A program made the translations under genes and the position numbers. Of a stretch of 64,000 bases of DNA, positions 55,135-64,000 are shown piece by piece. Under the pieces are notes generated by a model that was given only the letters and a program-made list of their open reading frames with translations, was not told where the DNA came from and searched no databases. Position 1 is the stretch's first letter. Every line of letters starts with the position of its first letter. This DNA comes from a virus (taxonomy: Duplodnaviria > Caudoviricetes), in the IMG/VR virus record IMGVR_UViG_3300025141_000018. One strand, given 5' to 3'.

Positions 55135-55340
55135 TGAAATTGACACATATTATTGAACAACCCGAAGGGCCTCCGCCCATTAATCTTCAAGCAATCGAAG
55201 GCATGATTGATCAAGTTGTCCCCGATCCTGCATATGCTGATGAAATCCGTCAAGCAATCGGTATGTTAGGAAGCGGACGACAATTAACTCGTGAACACAA
55301 CCAAGTAATATTGACATATCTTACAATGATATCTGGTTAA
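55134..55340 (+). CDS. small putative internal virion protein, probably leaderless
   Basis: ATG 5 nt after TATAAATA; MKLTHIIEQ. Confidence 0.6.
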   Translation: MKLTHIIEQPEGPPPINLQAIEGMIDQVVPDPAYADEIRQAIGMLGSGRQLTREHNQVILTYLTMISG

Positions 55341-56701
55341 TGTATCTTTTTAATTAACGATTTTAATCTATCTGTTTGGTCAACTGTTACTGCTTCTTTT
55401 GGTTCAGTATCACGCATTGTTGACGTCTTTTTTAGTTTTTCGTACAGATTTTCTTGCGGTGTTTCTTCCATATCATCTGCTAAATCTTGTATTCTTAGTG
55501 TATTAATATCAAAATCTAATTCTACTTTTTGTCCTACACCACTACTGGATCTAGTTTTCATAAATTGTATTTGCACTCTACCACGTTCTCGCATTATTCT
55601 ACTAGTAAAAATTGCAATAACATTATCTGCTGTTTGTATTTTACTAATACCACCTGCAATATGACTGTGATCAAACTCTATTTCATCTACTGCACCTCTG
55701 TTTAATTGTGATGCTGTGGCAAACAAATAATTTCCTTCTACTGCAAAGTTCCTAAGTTCTTCACTAACAAACTTATCTTTAATAAACAAATCACTTGGTG
55801 GTACTTTCCGTTGTGCTGGCATCATTAAATCTAGATAATCTACTAGTATGCATTGTGGTTCTATACCTGTTTGTGTTATGTACTCTTTAATGTATACTTT
55901 AATATCATTAACTGTACAACCATTTGGTAATTGTATAATTTGTAAATTACCTTTTTTCTTTCCGTGCATTTTAACTTTTAATTCAACATCGTCAATATTT
56001 TTAAATATTTCTCTTGTTGAATATCCTGTTATCATGCTGTCTAGTCGCATTGCAGTTAATCCTTCACTAAGTTCTAAACTCAAGTATATTACATTAAATC
56101 CTGCTTCGACCCAGTTAAGTGCTAAGTTTTGTAAGAATAAACTTTTACCTGCACCAGATCCTCCTGCAAATATACTAAGTTCTCCTCTATTAAATCCACC
56201 ATACAATTTGTCATCTATTGTTTTCCATCCTGTACTTGTACTACCATTTTTATCTCTTAACTCTGTTAACCGAGCAAGTGGATCTTGCCAATAATCTGTT
56301 CCTAGGTTTTTTGTTAAACCAATACTAACTGCTTCTTTAATTATACCTTCTACTGTACCATATTCTTGTGTTTCTAATAAATCTGCAGATTCTATAATTG
56401 CTTTTTCTAATGCCTTATGTTTACAAAATTGTTCAAACTCTCCTAAGAACCAATCTGTTTCATGTTTTGTAACTGGTACTTTTTCAAACTTTCCTTTTGT
56501 CTTTGCATTTAATATTTCAAACCCAGGCATAGCAGAATGTTCATCTGAATATTCTTGTATAAATTCTACACTTTCTCTAAGTGTGGCATCAAAGTATTCA
56601 GGTTGAACAATATTACTACATCTTGCATAAAGTTCTGGTTCTGTTACCAAAAATTCTATAAACATTTTTTGTAATTCGTATGTATAATCTACTTCAGCCA
56701 T
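55337..56701 (-). CDS. replicative DNA helicase (gp41/DnaB-like)
   Basis: GGSGAGKS, LELSE, VDYLD, ASQLNR, KTR. Confidence 0.93.
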   Translation of the reverse strand: MAEVDYTYELQKMFIEFLVTEPELYARCSNIVQPEYFDATLRESVEFIQEYSDEHSAMPGFEILNAKTKGKFEKVPVTKHETDWFLGEFEQFCKHKALEKAIIESADLLETQEYGTVEGIIKEAVSIGLTKNLGTDYWQDPLARLTELRDKNGSTSTGWKTIDDKLYGGFNRGELSIFAGGSGAGKSLFLQNLALNWVEAGFNVIYLSLELSEGLTAMRLDSMITGYSTREIFKNIDDVELKVKMHGKKKGNLQIIQLPNGCTVNDIKVYIKEYITQTGIEPQCILVDYLDLMMPAQRKVPPSDLFIKDKFVSEELRNFAVEGNYLFATASQLNRGAVDEIEFDHSHIAGGISKIQTADNVIAIFTSRIMRERGRVQIQFMKTRSSSGVGQKVELDFDINTLRIQDLADDMEETPQENLYEKLKKTSTMRDTEPKEAVTVDQTDRLKSLIKKIH

Positions 56702-57678
56702 TTTTTCTGCTTTAATTTAATTTTGATTTTGTTATATTCCTTAGCATACAGAATTGTAAGTAAGGCTTCGAGCCTGCCATAATATGCTACTGCATCACAA
56801 ATATCTTTAATACCTTCCGGCCATTCTGGCAAACTTATATGCCATCTATTCTCAACTGCAATATCCATTAAATTGGATTCTTTGCCGTCTTTATCTGGTA
56901 CTACAACTTTTATTGTTGGCAAGTGATTTAATAAATCTACTTGTCTACTATTACAATGATTACCGCAAACTGCAACACCATTTACCATTAGTGCATCAAA
57001 TGGGCCTTCGCATACAATCGTATATTTAACATTAGTTTGCTGATCATAATTAAATAAAAAACTTTGCGGAGACCTTGTAATATATTTTGGCGTATTTCTT
57101 GACTTTGGTCGTTTGCATAATCTAGCAGTATATCCAACAATTTTATTATTATACTCAAATGGTAAAATTATACGTTCATTAAAATTGTATACTTTCTCAC
57201 TTGTATAGTGCCAATTACCTGCTTCCAATAAACTACGTTTTTCTAAGTATTTTAATGCTTTAGTAAACTCGTCTGTAACTGAACAATCTAATACAGGTTT
57301 AGCATTAATTGGTAATTTCTCTTCTTTCCATTGTCCTGGTATTGCTAATGAATCAAATGTAACTTGTGTTTTGTCAGGCTCTATTTGCATTGAAGCAAAT
57401 ATAAGTTTTTTAATGTCATTATCTGTTGCTCCAAGATTAGTTAATAAAACCCTAAACTTAGATGTAATTTTTCTACCTGGAAGCCATGATGTTTTAAAGC
57501 CACAATTAAAACAATGATATGCTACTGAATCATTGTTAAAATTAAACCCTCCTCGTTTTCTTGTATCGGGTCGTGATTGTCCATTAAACGTACATACCGG
57601 ACAGTTCATGGTATGCCAGCCACTAGGACTAACTTTAGTATTGATTGGAAGTAATGTTTTTACGTAATCTAGTATCAC
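56689..57678 (-). CDS. DNA primase (gp61-like)
   Basis: CPVC..HCFNC Zn finger; TOPRIM EGPFDA, DKD, KD. Confidence 0.9.
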   Translation of the reverse strand: MILDYVKTLLPINTKVSPSGWHTMNCPVCTFNGQSRPDTRKRGGFNFNNDSVAYHCFNCGFKTSWLPGRKITSKFRVLLTNLGATDNDIKKLIFASMQIEPDKTQVTFDSLAIPGQWKEEKLPINAKPVLDCSVTDEFTKALKYLEKRSLLEAGNWHYTSEKVYNFNERIILPFEYNNKIVGYTARLCKRPKSRNTPKYITRSPQSFLFNYDQQTNVKYTIVCEGPFDALMVNGVAVCGNHCNSRQVDLLNHLPTIKVVVPDKDGKESNLMDIAVENRWHISLPEWPEGIKDICDAVAYYGRLEALLTILYAKEYNKIKIKLKQKKWLK

Positions 57679-58493
57679 GCTCGTATTAAAATTTTGGTTA
57701 ATGTTCCTGCATTACTTACATCTGGTACATGCTGAAATTTTATATACTTTGTTGCAATAGTTAAATTATACGGATCTAATTTTGTTGTAGCAGATGTATA
57801 ATCAACATAATCATTTACTGATCCTAATGGTATAGCAAACCATGCACTACTACCTGAAACTGTATCATCTAACGTTCCATATGCATATAGTTTACCAAAA
57901 TAAGCATCTAGGTATGCAACAAAAGTAATTAACCCGTGTTTATCTGCAACTTCATGTACTCTAATTGAAGAACTTTCAAATATGCCCGAACCACCACTAG
58001 TTTCATTAAATGTTGAAACTGTAATACTATCTTTTGGCGATGCTATAATTGAATCTTCAATTTCTACATTTAAATTACCAGTTCCTGCTAAGTTTGTAAA
58101 CAACGGTTTTTTAACTCCAATTGAATCTTCTGTATAAAAACCTAATCTATACATTCCTGGATCTGTGTGTTCAAAATCACCAGCGGCAGTAATCAAATCG
58201 AAGTTTCCTTCTGTTACAGTATTTTTAGAACACTTAATATTTTTTATTAATGTCCCGTCCGTATTCAATATATTAGCATATACAGACAAGTTATCAATCT
58301 TTACTGCTTTTCTATCTTTATCTTTAACTTGAAAATTAACCGTATTTGCTACGGACTTTATTATTTTAACATTTCCTGCTTGCATTGTCAAGGCACCTTT
58401 TGCGGGGTTATTTTCTAAATAGTACGTGTTGGTAAATGTATAAATATTCACAGTGAAGTATACCCCTTTATAATATTTATGGACTACGAACAA
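57675..58493 (-). CDS. putative structural protein (true start probably further downstream)
   Basis: beta-rich T/S/G composition; TAAATA at 58479-58474. Confidence 0.6.
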   Translation of the reverse strand: MFVVHKYYKGVYFTVNIYTFTNTYYLENNPAKGALTMQAGNVKIIKSVANTVNFQVKDKDRKAVKIDNLSVYANILNTDGTLIKNIKCSKNTVTEGNFDLITAAGDFEHTDPGMYRLGFYTEDSIGVKKPLFTNLAGTGNLNVEIEDSIIASPKDSITVSTFNETSGGSGIFESSSIRVHEVADKHGLITFVAYLDAYFGKLYAYGTLDDTVSGSSAWFAIPLGSVNDYVDYTSATTKLDPYNLTIATKYIKFQHVPDVSNAGTLTKILIRA

Positions 58494-58844
58494 ATTTTAA
58501 AACGATTCCCTTTTTTAAGTATTATTAGATCTAACGATAAAGAATACTTAGGAATTATACAACAATGTGATTCTGCATATGTTATGTTTTTTGATTATAA
58601 TTCTATAAAGAACCCACAACTTAAAAAAGCATTCATCAGTTTAGGTGAAACTTGGTGGTGGGAATCTAATAGAAAAATTCCGATAACATTTTTTCTGTAT
58701 AACGACATGAAAGAGTTTTATCCATTCTTAATGGTTCTTTCGGCAAAAAATACAACAATTGACAGAGGTCACGAAATTAATTTATTTAATATCTCAGAAA
58801 AGCGGACTAAGCGTCGCACTATAGAATTAGTTAAAAAACAATAG
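58479..58844 (+). CDS. hypothetical protein
   Basis: FPFLS..YLGIIQ..WWWESNRKIPI; TATAAATA at 58439-58446. Confidence 0.75.
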   Translation: MDYEQILKRFPFLSIIRSNDKEYLGIIQQCDSAYVMFFDYNSIKNPQLKKAFISLGETWWWESNRKIPITFFLYNDMKEFYPFLMVLSAKNTTIDRGHEINLFNISEKRTKRRTIELVKKQ

Positions 58845-59385
58845 AATTTAACTGCATTACAATAAGTATTGCATAACTTATAGCATGAGATTTTTTAAAG
58901 TAATATGTTCCATCTACTGGTTTTTGCCACACTTTTTGTTCTATCTGTTGCCATGTTTCTTCCAATAGTTGTCGCTTTGCTGGCCTTATAATTGCTAGAA
59001 CTGCGGCTAATTGTTCAACACTTCTTGGTTGCAACTTTCGTAAAATATCAATATGATCGTGTATATGAAATAGTTTTTTAACTACTTTCTCATCTAATAA
59101 TAAGTCCCAATTTGGTTCTTTGGAAATCAGTTCTTCCAGTTTATTTGGATTAATATCTTTGTATGCACTATTATTAATCACATCTAGTTTAAAAAATCCA
59201 AGAGTATCTGCTGTTTTATAATCAACGGCACAAGTACCATTTAACCAATCGGCTGGTACATTATGAAAATAAACACCAGTCTTGTGCTTTTTATTATCTG
59301 TGAGTTTAGCAGGAACATGCTTGAATAATTCTAATACTTTATCTCTATCTGCTACATCAATATCAACATCTGTATTAAACGCCAT
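58831..59385 (-). CDS. dnaE: DNA polymerase III alpha-like fragment (catalytic Asp half)
   Basis: TDVDID, KH..GVY, GFFKLD, LAIIRP, FKKSHAISYA. Confidence 0.82.
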   Translation of the reverse strand: MAFNTDVDIDVADRDKVLELFKHVPAKLTDNKKHKTGVYFHNVPADWLNGTCAVDYKTADTLGFFKLDVINNSAYKDINPNKLEELISKEPNWDLLLDEKVVKKLFHIHDHIDILRKLQPRSVEQLAAVLAIIRPAKRQLLEETWQQIEQKVWQKPVDGTYYFKKSHAISYAILIVMQLNSIVF

Positions 59386-60061
59386 TAAACTTCATTTCCA
59401 TTATTACATTATTAGCCCAATTAATGTCATCTCTATTTCTATCAAATAACCGATTCCATTTTGGTAGATCGTCTCCAATCCAAGTATCTAAATGTTTAAG
59501 TTCGCTATCTTCCATTTTAGATAATAACTGCTTTCCAAAGTCTGTACCAACTGCAATCCATAAACTTAATTTACCATCACGTATAAGTTTTAATATCGTT
59601 GGCGAGTTAACATTTTTATAGAAGTCTTGCATTGGTTTATTTTGATCCTCTGCCCAATCTTGTGTACACAATACAAATTTTTCTAATGCACGTTGACACG
59701 ATTCTTTTAATGCATGTTGTTTAATAAATTTGTCATACGTTGTATCCTTTCTCCAATGATCAACTTTAACGTTATTATCACAGATCCAATCCATAAACTC
59801 TTGATAGTTTTTAATTTGTGCTTCTAACAAATACCTAGCAAATTTAATAAATTCCATGTAATGTCGTGATGATAAAAACTTTGATATATCTGCTTGTCTA
59901 TATGTATTTCTAGCAAGAAATTTATTATAACACCATAGTGCTATAATCATATACTTCTCATCTTTATCGTTGTTATATAATTTTTTTGGACAAGAATGCG
60001 ATGCTAATGTTGTTTCTTTTACAAATTCACGGTTACAAAAACTACATTTAAACTTTGCCAT
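59375..60061 (-). CDS. Zn-finger-containing replication-cluster protein
   Basis: CSFC..F..L..HSC at N-terminus. Confidence 0.6.
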   Translation of the reverse strand: MAKFKCSFCNREFVKETTLASHSCPKKLYNNDKDEKYMIIALWCYNKFLARNTYRQADISKFLSSRHYMEFIKFARYLLEAQIKNYQEFMDWICDNNVKVDHWRKDTTYDKFIKQHALKESCQRALEKFVLCTQDWAEDQNKPMQDFYKNVNSPTILKLIRDGKLSLWIAVGTDFGKQLLSKMEDSELKHLDTWIGDDLPKWNRLFDRNRDDINWANNVIMEMKFNGV

Positions 60062-60476
60062 CTATTTCATTTATCATATTTTGAATTGCTTTTTTATCAT
60101 TTAGCAATATGTTTAATTCGTCTTGATTTAAACTTGGATACAACGAACTTAATCTATCTACAAGTTCGTCTTTTTTAGTTTTTTTACTAACACCAATCCA
60201 CGGATGAAATTGATTAGTGCCTATACCAATAACAGATGCTAATTGCCAAAATAGTTTTTTGTGTTTGTATAAAACTGAAAAGTTTTTGTTTAGCAATTCA
60301 TTAGCATATGTTAGATAATGTGTTTGTAATTCTTTGCTACCTTTAATACTACTAGTCCATCGTAACACCATAAACGGACTAAACTCTTTTTCTTGTTCTT
60401 CGGATAGTTGATCATAGAAGTCTTTATTGCGTCTATCAACTGCTCCTAACATTGATTTAAGATCAATCTTTTTCAT
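60048..60476 (-). CDS. possible clamp-loader small subunit (gp62-like)
   Basis: FSPFMVLRW..N..H..L..FHPWI pattern and replication context. Confidence 0.45.
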   Translation of the reverse strand: MKKIDLKSMLGAVDRRNKDFYDQLSEEQEKEFSPFMVLRWTSSIKGSKELQTHYLTYANELLNKNFSVLYKHKKLFWQLASVIGIGTNQFHPWIGVSKKTKKDELVDRLSSLYPSLNQDELNILLNDKKAIQNMINEIDGKV

Positions 60477-60571
60477 AATAAATATATATTACACTATTTA
60501 GGTTGTTTTCGCAACCTTTATTATGGGGCACCATCCCCGTAGTGGATAGAACCCACTTTAGGAGAAAACAA

Positions 60572-60970
60572 ATGGGAAGACCAATTAGTAAAAGACATAT
60601 CGGTACACCCGATGCTGGCAACGAATTAAAATGTCGGTATCATACCGGAGCCGCAGAAGTAAACGGCTGGATTGTTGCACAAAAAGGTACCAAGCGATAT
60701 AAATGCTACGATGGTTCCACTTATGCAACATGCTCATTAGTTGATAAAGCACAAGGTACATTAGCCGCTGGCGAAATGACTGTTACTGTTAAAGACGATG
60801 GCGGAACAGTTCGCCAGGTCACAAAAATTACAGGACATAGAGTTATGCTTGATTCAGGCACATCTCAGCCTTGGACATTTACAACAGATGCCGCTGATGA
60901 CAAAGTGGAAATTGAAGAAGCAGGTACGGACGATTCCTTTACCGGCGCAGACGATTTCGAAGCAGACTGA
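60572..60970 (+). CDS. hypothetical protein
   Basis: SD AGGAG before MGRPISK; TAAATA at 60479-60484. Confidence 0.75.
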   Translation: MGRPISKRHIGTPDAGNELKCRYHTGAAEVNGWIVAQKGTKRYKCYDGSTYATCSLVDKAQGTLAAGEMTVTVKDDGGTVRQVTKITGHRVMLDSGTSQPWTFTTDAADDKVEIEEAGTDDSFTGADDFEAD

Positions 60971-60978
60971 TAATCTAA

Positions 60979-61000
60979 AAGGGGAACTCGTGTTCCCCTT
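60979..61000. terminator. bidirectional terminator between convergent genes
   Basis: AAGGGGAAC-TCGT-GTTCCCCTT. Confidence 0.75.
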
Positions 61001-61502
61001 ATACCCACAACTTTTCAAAATCTAATACCTCAGGAATTTTTTGTATATCTTTAACAAAAAATGCACAAATGTTAGTCTTAGGATTAACAGGTACTGCTAA
61101 TATATGCCCAACTCTTAACTTAGGTACATACCATTTTTTCTCAGTATAAACATTAACAACATCTAAATCACCAAAGTCTGGCATAATACTTGTATTACTC
61201 ATGTCCAAGCAAAATGCAGAAAAACGCCTGCCTGCACAATGAACTAATGTTAATATTTCACTTTCGCCTGTGAATCTATCAGCAATAATAATATGCCAAT
61301 CCAGTGGCATATGAAACCTGTTTCCTCCTATTTCAACTTCCAAACAAGGTGTGCTGAAACTTTCTAAAAATACTAATGGACAATATATAAAATCAGGAGA
61401 ATTTGGATCACTATAATCTAATACTCCGTAATAAACATCATCTATTTCTTCTGGTATACGATCTATGTCGTATACTCCGTGTTCTAGTGTGTGTAATAGC
61501 AT
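60999..61502 (-). CDS. hypothetical protein
   Basis: 167-aa ORF coupled to the helicase. Confidence 0.7.
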   Translation of the reverse strand: MLLHTLEHGVYDIDRIPEEIDDVYYGVLDYSDPNSPDFIYCPLVFLESFSTPCLEVEIGGNRFHMPLDWHIIIADRFTGESEILTLVHCAGRRFSAFCLDMSNTSIMPDFGDLDVVNVYTEKKWYVPKLRVGHILAVPVNPKTNICAFFVKDIQKIPEVLDFEKLWV

Positions 61503-61503
61503 A

Positions 61504-62955
61504 TTACCATTTTATTTTTTCTATTGTGTAAGGGTATCGAGCTTCATTATAAAATTTCTTACGTGTGGTAAGATGTCTTTTAGAAAATTTAGCAGAAGAA
61601 GTTATATCCCAAATTTGGACAAAGTTCTTATCTTTTGCTTTTCTAATACCTCTACCGATTGACTGTATGACACGGACAAAACTTTTACCTGGCTCGATGA
61701 GGACCAAATTAAATATCCTAGGTATATCGATGCCAACAGATGCAACCCCGTAAGTAGCAATAATTGCTTTGTTGTCAGCGGTTTGAATTTCGTCGTATTG
61801 TTCTCTTCGGTCTGCTGACTTGACCGAACCTGATATGAAAACGCTCTCATCTCCTAATCCTTCTTGGAGTATTTTTCCTGCTTTAATACGATCAACTAAT
61901 ATTAAAGTATTACCACCTTTTACTATATCTTTTAATAACTCTGTAACGTACTCCATGCGAGTTTCATTTGTGGTAAGATATGATAACTCGCTTGCATAGT
62001 TATTATACTGTATTGTGTCCTGTAATTGCAAGACATTTACTTTGCAGTCTGCAAGTACTCCTTGATCTTGCAAATCCGACGCTTTTAAGCGGTTTACAAC
62101 ACCACCTAAACTAACAACTAATGAAACATATGCCCAATCCTCTTTTGGTATTGTGCCTGTTAGTCCCCAACGGATTGGTACCTTTGCAAATGGTCCTGTA
62201 AGTAATCGTTTAAGTACATCTGCTTTTGCCATGTGTACTTCATCAACAATAACTGCACTAATACCATCTATTAAATCATGTAATCCTAATTCACTTTCAC
62301 CATCTTTAAATCGTTTATCTAATACATTAAGACTCTGCCAAGTGCATATCGTATGGGTTTTACCAATTTCCTTTCTATCCCCGTAATACACACCGGCATC
62401 GAGTCCCAAGTTGATATAATCCTTTTCGGTTTGGGTAACCAAATCCTTATTTGGTACAATAATTAATGTACCTCCATATTGTTCTACACGTTGGCTTAAT
62501 GTGGCAGTAACTAATGTTTTACCTGCACCTGTAGCAATTTCTTGTAGACATTGTGGTTGTGATAAAAATTGATTTATAATACTAACTTGATAATCTCTCA
62601 GTATAATTGGACTGCCGGCATCATTATGACCTTTAGGCCATTTTTTATCTTTGTGGGTTTCTTCTGTGACTGTTACAAAATCTAATGCAGTACCTTCGCG
62701 GCTATCTTTTATATCAATATGATAACCTTCGTTAATAAGTTCTGGAATAATATCTTCGAGGAGATTAAGGTAGGTAACGGCCCCAGGACTAAAATAACTA
62801 ACACATCCGTCCCAACGGCCTAATTTGTAAGCAGGTACATGATAAGCATAAGGCATAAAATACTTAAATTTCTTTTCTAATTTACGCCTTGTCATTAAGC
62901 CTAAATTATGTATCTTTACGTTGACTTCATCTTTTATTTCTATTATGCAATCCAT
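61504..62955 (-). CDS. uvsW: SF2 DNA helicase (UvsW-like)
   Basis: LRDYQ, ATGAGKT, DEVH, GLTGT, GIDIP, QSIGRG.R. Confidence 0.9.
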   Translation of the reverse strand: MDCIIEIKDEVNVKIHNLGLMTRRKLEKKFKYFMPYAYHVPAYKLGRWDGCVSYFSPGAVTYLNLLEDIIPELINEGYHIDIKDSREGTALDFVTVTEETHKDKKWPKGHNDAGSPIILRDYQVSIINQFLSQPQCLQEIATGAGKTLVTATLSQRVEQYGGTLIIVPNKDLVTQTEKDYINLGLDAGVYYGDRKEIGKTHTICTWQSLNVLDKRFKDGESELGLHDLIDGISAVIVDEVHMAKADVLKRLLTGPFAKVPIRWGLTGTIPKEDWAYVSLVVSLGGVVNRLKASDLQDQGVLADCKVNVLQLQDTIQYNNYASELSYLTTNETRMEYVTELLKDIVKGGNTLILVDRIKAGKILQEGLGDESVFISGSVKSADRREQYDEIQTADNKAIIATYGVASVGIDIPRIFNLVLIEPGKSFVRVIQSIGRGIRKAKDKNFVQIWDITSSAKFSKRHLTTRKKFYNEARYPYTIEKIKW

Positions 62956-62968
62956 TTAGTTGCCAAAA

Positions 62969-62993
62969 AAAAAGGCCCATCAAGGGCCTTTTT
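62969..62993. terminator. intrinsic terminator (bidirectional form)
   Basis: AAAAAGGCCC-ATCAA-GGGCCTTTTT. Confidence 0.8.
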
Positions 62994-63009
62994 ATAAACC
63001 CTTACTTGC

Positions 63010-63978
63010 TTATCCTCGCTTTATGCAAGTATTCTCAGCAAGTGTCATCCAGCGATGCTCTGACATCTTTTTAAGGTCTGCCAGTTTTGTTACCATTCTC
63101 AAACTAACTTCACGTAATCGATCGGTATTGGATTCCATAAAATTAACTACTTCTTCCTCACCGGCTTTACCGAAGTTATATGTATTAAGCATTCCGTCTC
63201 CGACAATCTGCTTTACACGAAGCATCTTATCGTGCATTGTATCAAGTGTCAAGTCCAAGTAATGACATCTTGAAAGAATCGCTTCCAAGTGATCCTTGAT
63301 CTTTCCTTTGACTTTATCAAACTTTAAGTTTGTAATAAAAATTACTGATCCGCAAAATTCAAATTTCTCCGGAACACCTTCTCTGCGTAATGCTGAACTC
63401 TCTGTGTTCCAACTAATCATTCGCTTAGTACTGGAATCAAGTGCCGCCTTCAACAAGTTCAAACTAACTTCGTCCCAAAGGATGCTATCACAATCATCAA
63501 GTACCAACACGCTTCCTGGATCTGCATACCTGTAAAGTAACTGGTACAAACCAATTGCACTTGCCGCACCTTTTTCAGTTCCAAACTTAATTGTGTTTCC
63601 GGCAAGTTTGTCAAACATACTATTCTTTTCCAGGATCTTTTCAACACCGTAACTTTTACCAACTCCTGGAGGTCCTGTTACAACCATTCCACGTACAATA
63701 CCATCAATTGATGCTTGTGCCATTTCGTCTAAAATATCGAAACGCTCTGCAATTTCTGCAATACGTTCTTCGTCTGTTTTTTCTGCTACAACTACTGGTG
63801 CTTCCTCAATCATAGTCTCTCCGTCTCCAAGGTTTACATAAGGTGCATAATTGTGACTGGTAGTTTTAACTCGAATGTTATTGTCAGCGGTGCGAATAGT
63901 AATAAAACCATCCCATCCGTCTTTTGGGGCGTTAAACGGCTGATATTCTTTTACAAGAACTCCTTCTGTTCCTTGCAT
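63010..63978 (-). CDS. AAA+ ATPase, probably 5'-truncated by the window edge
   Basis: GPPGVGKS, LVLDDCD, VIFITN, SRC; frame stays open upstream to the window end (GSYRGQG). Confidence 0.82.
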   Translation of the reverse strand: MQGTEGVLVKEYQPFNAPKDGWDGFITIRTADNNIRVKTTSHNYAPYVNLGDGETMIEEAPVVVAEKTDEERIAEIAERFDILDEMAQASIDGIVRGMVVTGPPGVGKSYGVEKILEKNSMFDKLAGNTIKFGTEKGAASAIGLYQLLYRYADPGSVLVLDDCDSILWDEVSLNLLKAALDSSTKRMISWNTESSALRREGVPEKFEFCGSVIFITNLKFDKVKGKIKDHLEAILSRCHYLDLTLDTMHDKMLRVKQIVGDGMLNTYNFGKAGEEEVVNFMESNTDRLREVSLRMVTKLADLKKMSEHRWMTLAENTCIKRG

Positions 63979-64000
63979 TCCTTGTCCTCTATAACTTCCA

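Noticed and set aside
60999-61502. Possible Hint/intein-like domain next to UvsW
   Set aside because: Beta-rich pattern is faintly similar, but there is no N-terminal Cys/Ser, no block-B TxxH and no terminal His-Asn.
1-64000. Stop-codon reassignment (alternative genetic code)
   Set aside because: Conserved genes (sufB, prs, nrdJ, helicases) are full-length in the standard code with dense coupling, and no suppressor tRNA was seen.
1-64000. Cellular (bacterial chromosome) origin given suf, prs, infC, rpsU and ssrA
   Set aside because: These genes are interleaved with PAAR, gp41/gp61/UvsW-like and virion-type genes and TAAATA promoters, and lack their usual chromosomal operon partners (e.g. 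rpmI/rplT after infC).

Overview
This 64 kb window is AT-rich, gene-dense and almost entirely minus-strand. It is best read as part of a large tailed (jumbo myovirus-like) phage genome rather than a cellular chromosome. Support: T4-like TAAATA late-promoter motifs, gp41/gp61/UvsW-like replication genes, a PAAR protein, and many internal-virion-type proteins. An alphaproteobacterial host is suggested (inference) by a permuted two-piece tmRNA, a ROSE-like thermometer, an FdxA-type ferredoxin and GSII. Auxiliary genes include glnII, five radical SAM proteins, a near-complete SUF Fe-S system with two ferredoxins and an FNR-like reductase, rpiB/prs/PRTase, queD, class II RNR, rpS21, IF3, two ClpS, GroES, Hsp20 and a SET domain. 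The most unusual items are five. (1) A plus-strand unit of an anticodon-domain-less AsnRS-like enzyme, an unannotated C2H2 zinc-finger mini-ORF and a GUU tRNA with a long variable arm and U37, next to an S4-like protein. (2) A circularly permuted tmRNA whose intervening segment is exactly filled by an SD plus a 28-aa hydrophobic ORF. (3) Two Pol-beta-family nucleotidyltransferases among proteins with capsid-targeting-like N-termini. (4) A minimal DnaE core split at the active site into two genes 44 kb apart. (5) A GC-rich structured leader of unknown class. All product calls come from motif recognition by eye; no database searches were run.
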